A stretch of DNA of 64,000 bases from Octopus vulgaris (lineage: Eukaryota). The stretch lies in the NCBI GenBank assembly GCA_951406725.2, contig OX597820.1, forward strand, positions 372,001 to 436,000, read 5' to 3'. The translations under genes and the position numbers were made by a program. This document shows positions 12,601 through 25,869 of this stretch, in pieces. Below the pieces are notes generated by a model, which was not told the DNA's origin, searched no databases, and was given only the letters and a program-made list of their open reading frames with translations. How positions within the stretch are numbered: position 1 is the first letter of the stretch; each line of letters begins with the position of its first letter.

Positions 12601-13407
12601 TACCATTGGGTTTTTCCTTGATTATGATTGAATTTACCCAGTCTGTTGGTCGTGTCACTTTGGTGATTATTTCTTTTTTTCCATTTTGTCCAACTCTGCC
12701 TTCAGCTTCTCTTTTAGTTCTAGAGGGACGCGGCGAGGTGGGTGAACAATTGGTTTGATATTTGGGTCGACTGTTATATGGTATCGACATTTCACAAAGC
12801 ATCCGACTATATCGTCAAAGCATTCAGGGTACATGCTTATCAGTTCCTCTTTGTTTGTGATTGGTGGTCGGTCTTTGATAGGCATCCATTAAAGGATGTA
12901 GCTTACCTTTTCATCGGCGGTTGTACCTTTCAGGAAACTTTTGAAAGCTAGTTGAGTTTTCTGTTTGAATTTCTTAAATGCTTCCACGATATCATCGGCG
13001 TCCCAGTTCATGAGTGAATGTAAATTCATCTGTACGGCGACGGGGGCCGCCATTTTGGATCCTCATGTGTGTGTGTTCGAAGACGAAGCGATGCTTTGTT
13101 AATATTTCTGGTTTGTTGTGTTCCTGTTTTGTTGTAAAGGCACAGTTTCCGATTAATTATTTACCGCTGCCACCTTGTTATGCATTGTTCGTTCTCGATG
13201 GGCTGATAGACAACTCAATGAAGGCATTGTTATTGTTTTACGTGTTTATTTACATTTTCTTGTTACACGAACTGTCAACATTCAGTTTAGTAATACATAT
13301 ATACTTTAGACACAGTTCGTAATGCTTACCAGCAAAATAGTGCCAAAAGTGGGGATGTATTCTACACCTGTATACCCATGTATACACATAGATATGAATG
13401 TGTAACA
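9662..13407 (-). mobile_element. Gypsy/Ty3 LTR retrotransposon (Mag-like), internally deleted
   Basis: 232-bp LTRs TG...CA at 9662-9893 and 13176-13407; ATCGC TSD (9657-9661, 13408-13412); tRNA-Leu-type PBS (a)GGTGGCAGCGGT at 13163-13175; PPT next to 9893; RT with IADD, RNase H and integrase. Confidence 0.95.
10095..12885 (-). pseudogene. Frameshifted Gypsy pol (RT-RNase H-integrase)
   Basis: ORF pieces 12667-12885, 10961-12802 and 10095-11048 with LRICLDPRDLNKA, IADD, VDAS, the HHCC zinc finger and CDNG/E integrase motifs. Confidence 0.9.
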
Positions 13408-13777
13408 ATCGCAGAGCAACGTGAAATGAAGTGTTTTATTCAAAAACACAACGCAACGCCCGCTCTGGGAATGGAACCCACGATCTCACAATCGTGAGTG
13501 CAACACCCAAACCACTGAGTTATGTACTTTCACGATATATAGTATATCCGAGTCTAAAATGATATAATAAAATATAATATAAGTGTTCTTGAACCACGGT
13601 CGGAAGACATCTAATCCCAAAATATATCATTTTTAAATTATCTTTCACTTTCTTATCTGAAGCTTTGCATCTATCTACGCATGCCTAATCTACATAACAT
13701 TTTTTGTTTCCTTCTACAGACACTTAGCATTATTATTCTTCCACTTGAGTCCGATACGAGGAAGGTCATTATAAATC

Positions 13778-14350
13778 TGTAGGGACTTCGCTTGGCCCTG
13801 CCTGAGATTTGAAACCAAATCTACCCGCTTATTGCTTGTCAAAACAAGCGGGAAATCCTCTCTACACCAGATGATTGGTAGGGAAACACTCGACCCCTTA
13901 GGATCTGTGCTGGTCAAGGAAAGGTCAGTCCTTTGTTTAGGGTTTGACCTACATTACTGACCATAGTATATATAACAGAGAGCATTTCCTATCTCTTCCT
14001 CTTTTGTGTCAGCCATGACCAAGAGCAACACTTTCCTTCTCTCTTTACTCGACATATGGATAGAAGCTTTCGACCACCTTTATCCTTTCTTCCTTTCTAG
14101 TCAGCACCGTACATTCCTTACTCTCGCACTCCCTACTGACAGACAGCAACTTCTACACTATCAACTACCAATCAGCCAGCCAACCTTCTTGTAATTATCA
14201 CTATAATTACTACTGTCCCTGTAACTACCTGTCGGGCAAACGAATAAATATATGTAAATAATATTTCTTCCTTCTTGGTGTTGGTTCTTCGGTGTTCTTC
14301 ATTGGTTACTCCGACGCGAGAATCTTGAAGCGTTACAACTACACGTTACA
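13778..14350 (+). mobile_element. Possible orphan LTR
   Basis: TGTAGG...GTTACA with an internal AATAAA, followed by PBS-like TTTGGTAG; no TSD or partner LTR. Confidence 0.35.
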
Positions 14351-14599
14351 TTTGGTAGTGGACTATATCATATCGACGTGATATGGCATGTCACTTCAAC
14401 CCGCTTTAACCATAAACTTTAACCATGAGAATTTTGTACAGTTCCACCCCAGAAATTAATGAACGATATAGATTATCGTACGGCCGTTGTGGAAGTGGTA
14501 ACACAATCGGCGTCTGTAGAATCGATCGGCTGACATTTTCAGAGGAATGGAGCTACTTAGCTCAAGAAGCAGACTCATGTGTTGAGTGGGTCCTCTACC

Positions 14600-15140
14600 G
14601 AGTACTGCAATGCGATGACAAGAATTTGTGTTGCTAAGATTGAGATATTGGTCCTCAAGATATTCGTCCCAGTGTACTCTGCATGTTAGTGAATCAAGTG
14701 GAGAAGTTTAAGCATGTCGAAGCTGTATTCGTGACTGATGAAAGGGGGGAGGCTCAACTAGATCCTAGAATTGTAGGTATTGCCAAATTAATATTCCATC
14801 TCCAGCATTCAAAACTCAGAAGAGAGGTTGGTAAAAATGCCAAACGTGTTGTCTTCAATTTGTTTGCGTGCCTAACCTCACCTTGCAAATAAAAGTGGCC
14901 GAAATGCGAATCTCTTGAAGGACCTCTGGAATAACATAACTGGACGGAGTGCGTAGGTCGGAGATAAGGGAGTCTCTCCATGTCAGGCCACTGCTTCTCT
15001 CTACTGAGAGGTCACTGCTCCGGTACTACTGACATTTAATCAGAATGGAGGAAAGAATCACAAGACAGATTCTTCAAGCCAAGTTAAGCGGCAGGAGACC
15101 TCGGTGTACATTATGAACGAGATGGTGGGATAATATCCTT
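14600..15140 (+). mobile_element. Highly degraded RTE-type LINE 3' fragment
   Basis: Translates to QVEKFK...LDPRI and LLL..ERSLLR..HLIRM..GRRPR..TRW. Confidence 0.7.
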
Positions 15141-15831
15141 AGTCTCAGTCGGTCACGCTTGACCGATGCTATTGTAGAAGAAAGACACTTGCAGCGCTGT
15201 GAGACTAAACTCGGAACCATGTTTTATGTTTTGCAAACAACTTATATATGCAAGTGCTAACAGTCGAGTGCTCTGAATACCGGAAGCCAGCAAGTGTATG
15301 GGGTCATCAGGAAAAAATGCACGCCGTTTCGGGTCCTACCTCTCGACGGCATCAATGCGCACCGCACCCCCTTCACTGATATGAGGCCCCGCTTGCTAGA
15401 TCAACTGGTTATAAAATATAGCTCAATATTCTTCTAGCCATCGCTCATCGTCTCTTTTTAACCAAATCCAGTGGCTAACCTTTTCCACTCTAGTTTGGAT
15501 ATCGGAACTATGTTATATATGTACTACATATGTGGAAAATCGGTGTGTGTTTGTTTGTGGCGTTGTTAGCTAACTCCTCCTACATCGTTTTATTGATTTT
15601 GATGAGACTTGACACGTGAGTAGAACTCATGTCTGGAAACCTCGTGACATACTTATATTGTTGATAATACGGCCCTGGAAGGGACCTTTATATCTACCAC
15701 ATATAACTAATTTTTTAAACACCCAAGGGAAATAACCCATAGTACCTGTACAATATTTTTTAAACACTCAAGGGAAATAACCCATTTCATTGTTTATGTT
15801 AGATTACTTTGAATATTGATTTTTTGTATGT

Positions 15832-16223
15832 CCTTTTACTTTTGCTTGTTTCAGTAAATTGATTGCGGCCATGCTGGAGCACCGCCTTTAGTCGAACAAA
15901 TCGACCCCAGGGCTTATTTTTTGTAAGCCTAGTACTTATTCTATCGGTGTCTTTTGCCGAACCGATAAGTTACGGGGACGTGAACACACCAACATCGGTT
16001 GTCAAGTGATGGTGGGGGACAAACACAGACACACATACACGCACATATATGTATATATACGACGGGCTTCTTTCAGTTTCCGTGTACCAAATTCACTCAC
16101 AAGGCTTTGGTCGGCCTGAAGCTATAGTAGAAGACACTCGCCCAAGGTGCCACGCTGTGGGACTGAACTCTGAGCCATGTGATTGGTAAGCAAGCTACTT
16201 ACCACACAGCCACTCCTGCGCCT
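15832..16223 (-). mobile_element. tRNA-derived SINE, family 1 (head GGCGCAGGAGTGGCTGTGTGGTAAG)
   Basis: A/B-box-like head; homologous copies at 20820-21223, 44230-44600 and 52464-52830. Confidence 0.85.
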
Positions 16224-16469
16224 ATACTTATTTCTAATTTTTGCAGACAATATCACTTTTATACTTTATTTGACACGTGAGTAGAACTCATATCTGGAAA
16301 CCTCCTGACATACCTACATTGTTGAAAAAATCGATAATACAGTCCTTCCAATGGATCCTTCTATCTACTACATATTACTAATATTTTATTTAGACAACCC
16401 AAGGGAAATAACCCATACCACCTGCAGATTTTAGCGAAGCGATCAATATTTGATTCTCACGATACGATG

Positions 16470-17938
16470 AAATATATATATATATAATCTTCTGTGTGTA
16501 TGTTTCCTCTATGCACGGCCAAACCACCGGATCAATCTCTACCAAATTTGGCATGAAGACTTTTCATTACTCGGGGAAGGTTCTAGGGGAAGGGTCAAAT
16601 TTTGGCCCTTGCCCATTAGGGGACTGTAGCCCCCCACCCTATACGACCCTTCCGATTTTTTTTTCAGCGGTGTAATAGTTTCACTTTTATTGCTTCACTT
16701 TTATTCTTTGTGTGTGTGTGTGTGTGTGCGTTTCCTCTATGCATGGCCAAACCGCTGGATCAATCTGTAGCAAATCTGGCTGTTTGGAAATTATGTCGGT
16801 TTTGTTTTTCCGCTTTAAAGGAAAATGATTCTGAAACGCTTCTTAATTGTGATAATGAAACAAGAGGTTTAAAGAAAAAGAAACAGAAAGGTTTCTAAAT
16901 AACTAAAAGTCTTCATACAGACACACATTTATACACTGTAGGATATCTTTCAGTTTATACAATAAACTTAATAAATTTTAAAGTTCAATATTTCCGAGAC
17001 ATAAATTAGAGATATCGACAGGAGTTATTCAAACAATTGTTCGTGGAATGGACCTAATAACATTTGCTAGGGTACACTCGAAATTTCATATTTAAATCTG
17101 ATGTGACTATTTCTACTTGAATACTGGTCCTACCTCGGATTTGAAATTGAATCTATAATCTACCCATAGCCAAACTGCTGGATCAATCTGTACCAAATTT
17201 GACATGAAGGTTTTTCATTAATGGGGGAAGGTTCGGAGGGGGGTGTAACTAAATTATTAACTTTTTTTGCAAAAACAGAAACATGTTTTACATACCTGTT
17301 GTACATGTTGGTTTTGTTTTTTGCTTCAAAAAGTAAACTATTCTGATAGAAGCAAACACGATATTGAATAATTCTCCGCCATACGTCTACGACCCCCACC
17401 TCTTTATTTTAAAGTAAAGATTAACGATTTTTTAATTGTGATAAAGAAACAAGAGGTTTAGTACTTACCACCAAAATTCATTTCTCTTGGGAATATAAGG
17501 GTGATAATGTCTTTATTCTACGGATCGTGTTAATCCCATCTGACCTCCCCTATGAATTTAAACAGCTCCAGTTCCCAGAGAAACTAAGTTTTGCTATGTC
17601 CATAAGCAAATCTCAAGCACAATCTCTCAACGCTGTTGGACTTAACCTTGCTTTTCCTTGCTTCTCTCAAGGGCAATTATATGTAGGATGTTCGCGAGTT
17701 GGAGGTCCCAAAACTCTTTTCCTTTCTACACCAATTAAAGGACACACTGAAAACACTGTATAGTTAGAAGTTCTACAAAATTAAACTATGATGGATTTCA
17801 GGATTTGTTTTAATAACTTCGTTTATACTCACGTCATCTGATAGAATTTTTCTGAAAATAACTTTTTTATCAGAATATATATATTTATTTCCTTTAACAG
17901 TCTTTAAACCTCCGAGCAACGCCAGGTACTTAGGCTAA
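16470..17938 (+). mobile_element. Deleted Helitron with PIF1-helicase C-terminal remnant
   Basis: 17527-17763 encodes LQFP..LSFAMSISKSQAQSL...FSQGQLYVGCSRV; 3' hairpin ccgagcaacgccagg plus CTAA|T; 5' boundary approximate. Confidence 0.8.
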
Positions 17939-18019
17939 TATATATATAAAAGAAGAAAAAAGAAAATGGAGATTGGGAAGTTAATAATTGTTTATTATTA
18001 ACAGCAAATTAACCATCAT

Positions 18020-18407
18020 CCCTTCCAGTTGTTTCAATTAATACTCAGTAAATATTAAATTTGTTTGACCTGAGCATAATAACTTCAATGAATCCATAAG
18101 CACATATGAAATATCCAAAGGTATATTTTTTCCCTCTGAAGATATGCTGAGGTCATATAACTTTGATATTTACTTAATATTTACTGAGTATTAATTGAAA
18201 CAGCTGTTTCAATTTCTTTTTGTCTCTCCTTCAAGCATCAATGATTTGGAGGATATACACGCACCATCCTACCAAATTTTAGAAACACACACAGACACAT
18301 CTGTTTACACCACATATATATGTACACACACACACTCGCACCATTCTGACCTCTAAAGACCAATCCCCCAAATCATTGATGCTTGAAGGAGAGACAAAAA
18401 GAAATTG
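18020..18407. repeat. Two adjacent fold-back inverted repeats (18020-18205; 18210-18407); the first has hammerhead-like remnants
   Basis: tgtttcaattaatactcagtaaatatt versus aatatttactgagtattaattgaaaca; caatttctttttgtctctccttcaagcatcaatgatttgg versus its reverse complement; CTGAAGA...GAAACAGCTG. Confidence 0.75.
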
Positions 18408-19825
18408 TTTTCAGTTCCACATTACTCTTCCTTCCCCCCACCCAAACACACCTACAGTGCCCATTGAAATAGAAAATAGTATTTTACGATAACATAGTGG
18501 ACCAGGTCAGTTTGAGCTTCCCTACTACTATAATGTAAACTTTTTTGAACTCATAATATTCTGTGCGTGTATGTATATACAGATACAATATCAATATACT
18601 CTACTGAACTTTTTAATAATTCCTTCTGGAAACTATCTTTAACATTTTTCTTGAGAATGTACATATATGTTGTAATCTTTTGTGCCCAATATTTTAATGA
18701 ACTTGTTAAACTTTTTTTATGTCCCTAACATGTTCTTGTTACCAAAGACTGTATATATGTATTGTAGCATTTTGTGACAACCAATAATTAACACAATCAA
18801 ACTTTTACATGTTACTTTTGACAACTTTTTCTAAAAAGTGAAACCGGTAAAGTGAATAAACATCTTTTAAAATTGCATTTTCAAACCTTCTTTCATATAT
18901 ATACACACATAAATATCTATATATATGTATGTGTGTGTATGTGGGGGGGGGGGGAATGTATTTGCGCACATATTTATTTGTATATTTGTATGCGTGTCTA
19001 TATGTGTGTATGTTTGTATTAATCTTATGTGTGCGTTTCGCAAGCTGAACTTTCGTTAGATACTTATAGGAACGCCAATCATTTCACTCTCTCTACCACT
19101 ATCTATTTCCCCCCTTCTCTCTCTAATTTTCTGTTTCTTTTTCGTTTATTTCCCCTCTTTTCTTTCTCCCCACCCCCAATTTATTATTCTCTGATGTTTT
19201 CCCTTTTCTTCCTTTCGCCTATAATAACTAAGTTGTATAAGCATACACCAGGAGGTGCGTGTGTGTGTGTGTGTGCATACACATATATGCATTTGTATAT
19301 ATTTGTATTGCCTATATATGTCTGTATATGTATGCAGCCATGTACCTACATCTGTATGTTTAGTGTATATATGTACATTATAAATTGTTTGGTATGTGTA
19401 TATATTGCTAAATGTACATGTATTTTAGCGTGAACATTTTTAAAACAGATATATCTTTTAATTTATAAATTTATTATTATTTTTACAACTAATTATTTAC
19501 CCGGGGTATTCAGGCCTTTTCCCTTGTTCATAAGCTATTTTTGATATAAAGGTTTCTTCGATTTTAAAAAAATAATAATATGATTTTAAACCGCAATTTG
19601 TTATTTCATGCAACTGGTTATTGAAAGGCCGTTAGTTGAAAGGACCAATGAAATAAAACCATTTTCAGATGTGTATCTATCAAAATAATTGTATTTCTGC
19701 ATATAACTTTATTTTGCTCCATTCTAAACAAAACTGTCAGTTTTTGTGATATTTTTGCTGCTTTTTAATAAAGTATATATATATATATATATATATATTA
19801 TTTCCCTCTGTTTAACTCTCATATC

Positions 19826-19873
19826 GTCTGTGATGATGAGATATCTTTTATATCCCTGAAACAGCTGTAAGAC
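19826..19873 (+). ncRNA. Degenerate minimal hammerhead motif
   Basis: Stem I GUCU/AGAC, core GUGAUGA (C3>G), GAAAC-AGCU-GUA. Confidence 0.5.
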
Positions 19874-19958
19874 TATTCTTTTCTTTATAAAATGTCCTAG
19901 AAATTTCACACTACCTTGGCTTTGTTGTCTCATTTTATTTAACCTGTATATATATATA

Positions 19959-20147
19959 CGCCATGATAGATCGGTAGCCCCTACGCACATTTTTTCTCTC
20001 CTTGTTTTTTTCTGTGTCCCTTTCTGTAGAAGAGCGTAGGCTCGAAACGTAAAAGACTTTTTCAATTCCTGAGCGTTATACTAATACATCTGTTTGTTTT
20101 GTACACCACCTGTCTTCGTCTTTTGTTTTTTCGTGAACTCCCCCCCC

Positions 20148-20182
<35 letters not shown>

Positions 20183-20328
20183 GGGAGAATTCACACACAA
20201 AAAAACGAAAGACGAATACATTTTGACGAAAAACATTTTGAGCCTACGCTCTTCCACAGAAAGGAACACAGGAAGAAACAAGGAGAGAAAATAAAGAAGG
20301 TGTAGTAGCTAGCGATCTATCATGGCGA
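19959..20328. mobile_element. Inverted pair of Penelope-like terminal repeats with hammerhead-like motif (20019-20057)
   Basis: cttt-CUGUAGA-A-GAGC-guag-GCUC-GAAAC-GUA-aaag; diverged reverse copy at 20183-20328. Confidence 0.6.
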
Positions 20329-20484
20329 ATATATATACATATTATTGGAAAACCTATATAAAATTAGCTGAAAATTACTCGGCATCTTAAATCTGCTGTA
20401 ATATTTACAGCTTTTAATAAAATGTTGTAGTATGAAACAATTGTACTAAATTACCGGATTCATTCTTGTTGCTTATTTTTGATT

Positions 20485-20551
<67 letters not shown>

Positions 20552-20591
20552 GTATATATATATGTATATATATGAATATATATATATATAT

Positions 20592-20627
<36 letters not shown>

Positions 20628-20819
20628 GGATCTCTCTCTCTATGTATATCTATCTATCTATCTATCTGTCTGTATGTATCAAATAAAACGTAAGATTTTA
20701 AAAAATGATGTAATGTGTGTGAGCATATATGCGTGCGCGATCACCAATTCTTTTGTTTTTGCATTGAATCACGATATAATCGTAATCTGCACAGTTTGAA
20801 AGATTATTATTCGTTTATT

Positions 20820-21223
20820 CTTTTACTCGTTTCAGTCATTTGACTGCGGCCATGCTGGAGCACCGCCTTTAGTCGAGCAAATCGACCGGAGGACTTATTC
20901 TTGTAAGCCTAGTACTTACTCTATCGATCTCTTTTTACCCAACCGCTAAGTTACGGGGACGTAAACACACCAGCATCGGTTGTCAAGCGATGGTGGGGGT
21001 ACAAGCACACACTATAACATATGCATGCGCGCGCTCACACACACAAGCACACACATATATACGACGAGCTTCTTTCAGTTTCCGTCCACCAAATCCACTC
21101 ACAAGGCTTTGGTCGGCCCGAGGCCATAGTAAAACACATGCGCAAGGTGCCACGCAGTGGGACTGTACCCAGAACCATGTGGTTGGTAAGCAAGCTACTT
21201 ACCACACACCCACTCGTGCGCCT
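20820..21223 (-). mobile_element. tRNA-derived SINE, family 1
   Basis: Full-length homology to 15832-16223. Confidence 0.85.
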
Positions 21224-21475
21224 GTTGAAATTTTCTTTAAAGAGTGGCCATTTTTCAAAAAATGACGAGGAATCACAGTCGGTGAGACACACTTGTAGAG
21301 GTATACCCAGATAACTTCTTTCAATTTTCCTCTGCTTTCGACGCTGAATTATTGAAAAAAGAAACAAAAGCAAAAGTGGAAATTTTTCATTGGTAGTACC
21401 TTCGTGACAAACATGTCGCAACCACCTAATATCTCTAGTTTTAACATTCAAAGCACTTTCCTATTTACAAATAGA

Positions 21476-22975
21476 CTACCTGTATATCCCGTCGTTGCCA
21501 GGTAATTTTCACACTAAAAGGCCTTGGTGGACTTTCGGAATAGCACCCTCACTTAAGTTGGATTTTCTCCGTATTGACGGGAAGTTTTCAATTCTTTCCC
21601 CCACCAAACCCTTACAAATGATGGGGAGAAGCTTTTTATGAAAAACAATTTTTTAAAATTGATAAATCTCCCCTTTCCCTACATTCCAGACTGATTTTGT
21701 CCATTTTTTTTTGTACGATTCTCATTACAATCAACACTTTATTTTGAAACAGAAAACGAAACGTAATTTAAAATCAATAGTAAAATTTTTTTTAAAAATT
21801 CATTACACACCCCTCCCCCCTCCCCAAATCCTAAAATTTTGGGGTTTTTTCGAAATTTTTAAATCATAGTTTTAAAATACGGTCAGTCCGAATCTGCAAT
21901 TTTTTCTGTTGATAAGTTCAAAATAATTTTCAGACGAAAAGGCGTGTGATTTAAGGGAGATTTAGCTGTTGTTTCTTGCACATATCACGATCATATGGTA
22001 CCTTCCTCATTTCTTTGTCACGTGCCATGATGTTTTTAAATATCCGACCCCCCCCCCATAAACACAGTTTATGGAATGATGATGTGGTCCATTGATGGGA
22101 TTTAAGCAACAAGAAAAATATTGTAACTTAAATTTTTAATCCCCCACCCCACATCGAACGAGTCCCTTTATATGTGTAAAAAAAACATATTTACTACAGA
22201 AAAGTATGCTATTAAATTAAATTATCTTTTACATATCTTCTTAAAATCACCGTCGCCATAATGAAATTCTATACACACATGCACACACATATTGACAAAC
22301 ACACACACACACATAGAGACTCACCGTGAGCTATATACTTTTAGAGGGAGGGAGAGAGAGAATACTAAATATATGTAGAGAGAGTTGAAACGCTTACCAT
22401 CAGAGCCCCCCCCCCTCCCGAAAAAAAAATGAAAGCGATAAACAAATAGGAAGATCTTTTTTGTTGCTGTCACAGATTTTGAAATTTTAAAATTAAATGA
22501 AATATTTCACATTTAGTATGATGTCCTTTTTGATGCTGAATCAGAATTTGTGATTAATTTATTCCCGATAAATTTTAGAAAAATGCTACAGAGATTTAAA
22601 GTTTAATTATTTTAATCCAATCAGAAATTCGGAATTGTACCTGACAGCTGCCACGAAATGAAAGTAAACATTAGAAGACGAAGTTTTAAACAAAATGAAA
22701 GCAATGTGAGAGAGATAGTTTATATAAACAGAGACGGGATAATTAATAATACAGAGAGGTAGAATGACGGTGATAGAGAGTGGGAAGTTGTCGATCTAAA
22801 AGTTAAGTTATTTCTCGCAGCAAACTATATTTTTTCTTATTACTTCCAGACAGCATTCTCTCTGGGATGCAGATTTCGAAAATGAAATTCGTTTTTCTCG
22901 GGTATGCATGGTTTCAGATCCTTTCGGGGTTAAACACACATACATAACCGCATACACTTTCATTTATATAGAAGA
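21476..22975 (-). mobile_element. Old non-autonomous Helitron-like element
   Basis: Degenerate 3' end (ctacctgtatatcccgtcgttgccagg) and a 5'-like TCTTCTATATAAATGAAAG abutting the next Helitron. Confidence 0.4.
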
Positions 22976-22976
22976 A

Positions 22977-23376
22977 CTAGCAGTATCGCCCGGCGTTGCT
23001 CGGGTTTGTAAGGGAAATAACTATATAAGCATTTTTAGAGAGTTATAGCCAAAAAGTAGCAAAAAAAAATGCATTAAAAATGGAAAAAAAATGATGGTAA
23101 ATTTTTTTTTTAATCGTTGACTCATCGTAGACATTTTTAGAGAGTTACTTCCCTTATATAATAGCGAAAAAATGCATTAAAATGGAAAAAAATTATGGTA
23201 AATTTTTTTTTTAATCGTAGACTCATCGTAGACGCGCGCTAATACCCAGAAGGGCTCGATATGAATCACGACTATAAGATACCCGGTTTTGGTTAAACTG
23301 CACCGCAAAATGTGGGAGTAGTTAGGAATCTAAATCGTAGGAGACAGACACACAACCTTACTTTTATATATAAAGA
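22977..23376 (-). mobile_element. Single copy of the Helitron that forms the 5368-6788 array
   Basis: Near-identical unit with TC and CTAG termini. Confidence 0.85.
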
Positions 23377-24544
23377 AGATATAAAAATGGCTCCCTATCT
23401 TTCACGTTCGATTTATTAGGGCGACAGCATGATGTAAAAAAGACATGTAAAACTTATTTCTCTTTAGATGTGGCGTTTTTCAAGCATTTCTTTGTATACA
23501 CAGTTACAATTTATCTTTTATTCAGCAACAGTATTCAACGTTAGAACCAGTACTTAACTTTACTGTATAATAATTATACTGTAGAATAAAATAATTGTTT
23601 TAATGGTACCTATTTTATCGACTGCGAAAGGATGAAAGGCAAAGTCGACCTTGGCGGAATTTGAATCAAAGCGTAAAGCCGAAAAAAATGTTGCTAAGCA
23701 TTTTGTCCGACGTGCCATCTCGCCGCATTTTCTTCCCTTGTAAAATACCTTTCTGAAACCTAGAGATAGCAGCTAAATTAATTTTGAAATGTCTTTGATC
23801 ATGAAAGTCTGGCAGATAAATTCTAGCAGCCATTCTTCATTATTAGCGCCGTTGTATGTGGATTTCTTTTAGTTATTGCAGTGAATTTATAACCAATTTG
23901 TTGTGTGATAAAATGTGAGGTTGACGTTGCAATTGTAGCGTGCTAGAAATGGCAGCTTCCCGTTTGATAGACAAACAGGAAGCTGTGTTAGTTTCATTAA
24001 ATTCGTTTAGTTTAATTCTCTTACAACAAATTTTACATTATAACAACACAAACATTCATGAAATAATTGGCGAAATAAAATTAGATGGAATTGGCGGAGT
24101 TCGTTCGGGTCGAAGGACGTACTAAAACCTCTCGTAACTTTTTCATTTTCACGAAATTCCGCAAATTTTTTGCGATTCTGTCTTTATTGAGACATGAATT
24201 TGTTTATTCATGTCTGAATAAAGTATAACCCAACATCTCCCGCGTCGGTATTCTTTCGTTACAAACAGCATTAAGAATACCCGCGTGGTATTCCGCTTGT
24301 TTTGAAAACATTCATTTTGACCCAGTTTTTATTATGCTTGTTGCAAGTCAATCTTTAAACCCGGCGCTGTTGGATTCAACGATGAGGTTGTCGGACTAAC
24401 AATTTCTCTGATGGTACAACCGTTTTCATAGTATTCGCCAACAAATAATTTCATGGCGGAATTCTGCTTTACGCATCCCATATAACCTCTCATAACTTTT
24501 TGATATTTTGGAATTTTCAGAAAATTCTTATGAATTTGTAGGAT

Positions 24545-24845
24545 CTTTTCCTTTTGAACGACACTTTGTAACATAATTTCTAGTTAACTAAACACTTTTA
24601 AACTTCGTATACTGGTAGAATGTGTTTATAAAAAATCATTTTTTCTTGGCTTTATTGAGAAAATTCTATAGGTTGTAAGATATTTCGTCTTTAATTTCGA
24701 ACATTTCGGCAATTTTAACCAATCGCTGGAGTCCATTTAGGTGAACAACATTCCGTGCTGTATGAATATGTCCCTCCTTTAAGAAATAGATTGGGTTTAT
24801 TTACATTTGTGAAGAAAAAAAGATACCCTTCCCCAACCCCTAAAC
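24545..24845. repeat. Interspersed repeat, second copy at ~28630-28930 (probable DNA element with ccctaa motifs)
   Basis: Shared aatttctagttaactaaacacttttaaacttcgtatactggtagaatgtg... block. Confidence 0.75.
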
Positions 24846-25869
24846 AAAACAAAAACTTTTGGTGCGTGATTTAAGGCCATTTTAGGTATTATTTTAAGCA
24901 TATCTCACGACCATCTCATGTGTTTTAAGTATTTAATAAGTGAAAAATGTCCATATTGGTAAGCACTTTGGTAACAGCTTGGAAACAGGCACCTATATGT
25001 CGGTAGCATTCGATTGGCTAAAATTACCCAAAAGTTACAAAATTATTTATTTATTTATGGCAAAAATGAATTTCATGTCAATGATTACCATACAAAACTA
25101 CATCAACACACCAAATATGCAATCAATTGGAACAAAAATTGAAGAAATTGAGAAGTGGCAACCGAGCAGAACAGATGTGAGATAGCAGCTAAATCATTTT
25201 TGAAATGCCTTTGATCATAAAAGTCTGGTATATAAATGCTGACCAGTAAGCATCCATCGGTCTCGAGGAACCATGGATCTGCATCTGAAAAATTGTGTCA
25301 GCTGTTGATGGTGGTGCAGGCTCTGCTGTGATTGTGGAGGCCCACACGGGTAGTAATAACCAACAACAACTAGATTCAATGCAATGATATGTTAATTCCA
25401 AATTTCATGAAAAGTGTTTCTTTACTACAAGTAAACGTAAAGATGGGGATTTATCTATTTCAATAATATCAACTGCACTTTCCCACCACTTGATAACCGG
25501 TGTTAGCTTGCTTACGTCCTCATAACTTATCAGTGTGGCGAAACAGTCCATAGAATAAGTACAAGATTTAAAAGGAAAAAGAAGTATTGGGATTCAAAGT
25601 GATGCCCCAGAATGGTCATAGGCTAGTGAGTGAAGCAAAAAATTAATTAACCACAAAATCGTGTAATGACGAGGAATATCCCCATTTTTAAAATGTTGGT
25701 GCGCGCGCATGCGTACACACGCTTTATTCTCGGTTCAGCCTGATCCCGTTGATCTCTGATTAAAGCCATTCTAAGCTCTATTTTTGCTTAATTTTTATGC
25801 AGAATGTTCTGTATTACATTTTCTAAAATAATAAATCTCTGAACGAGGTATAAACAGTAACTGCACGAC

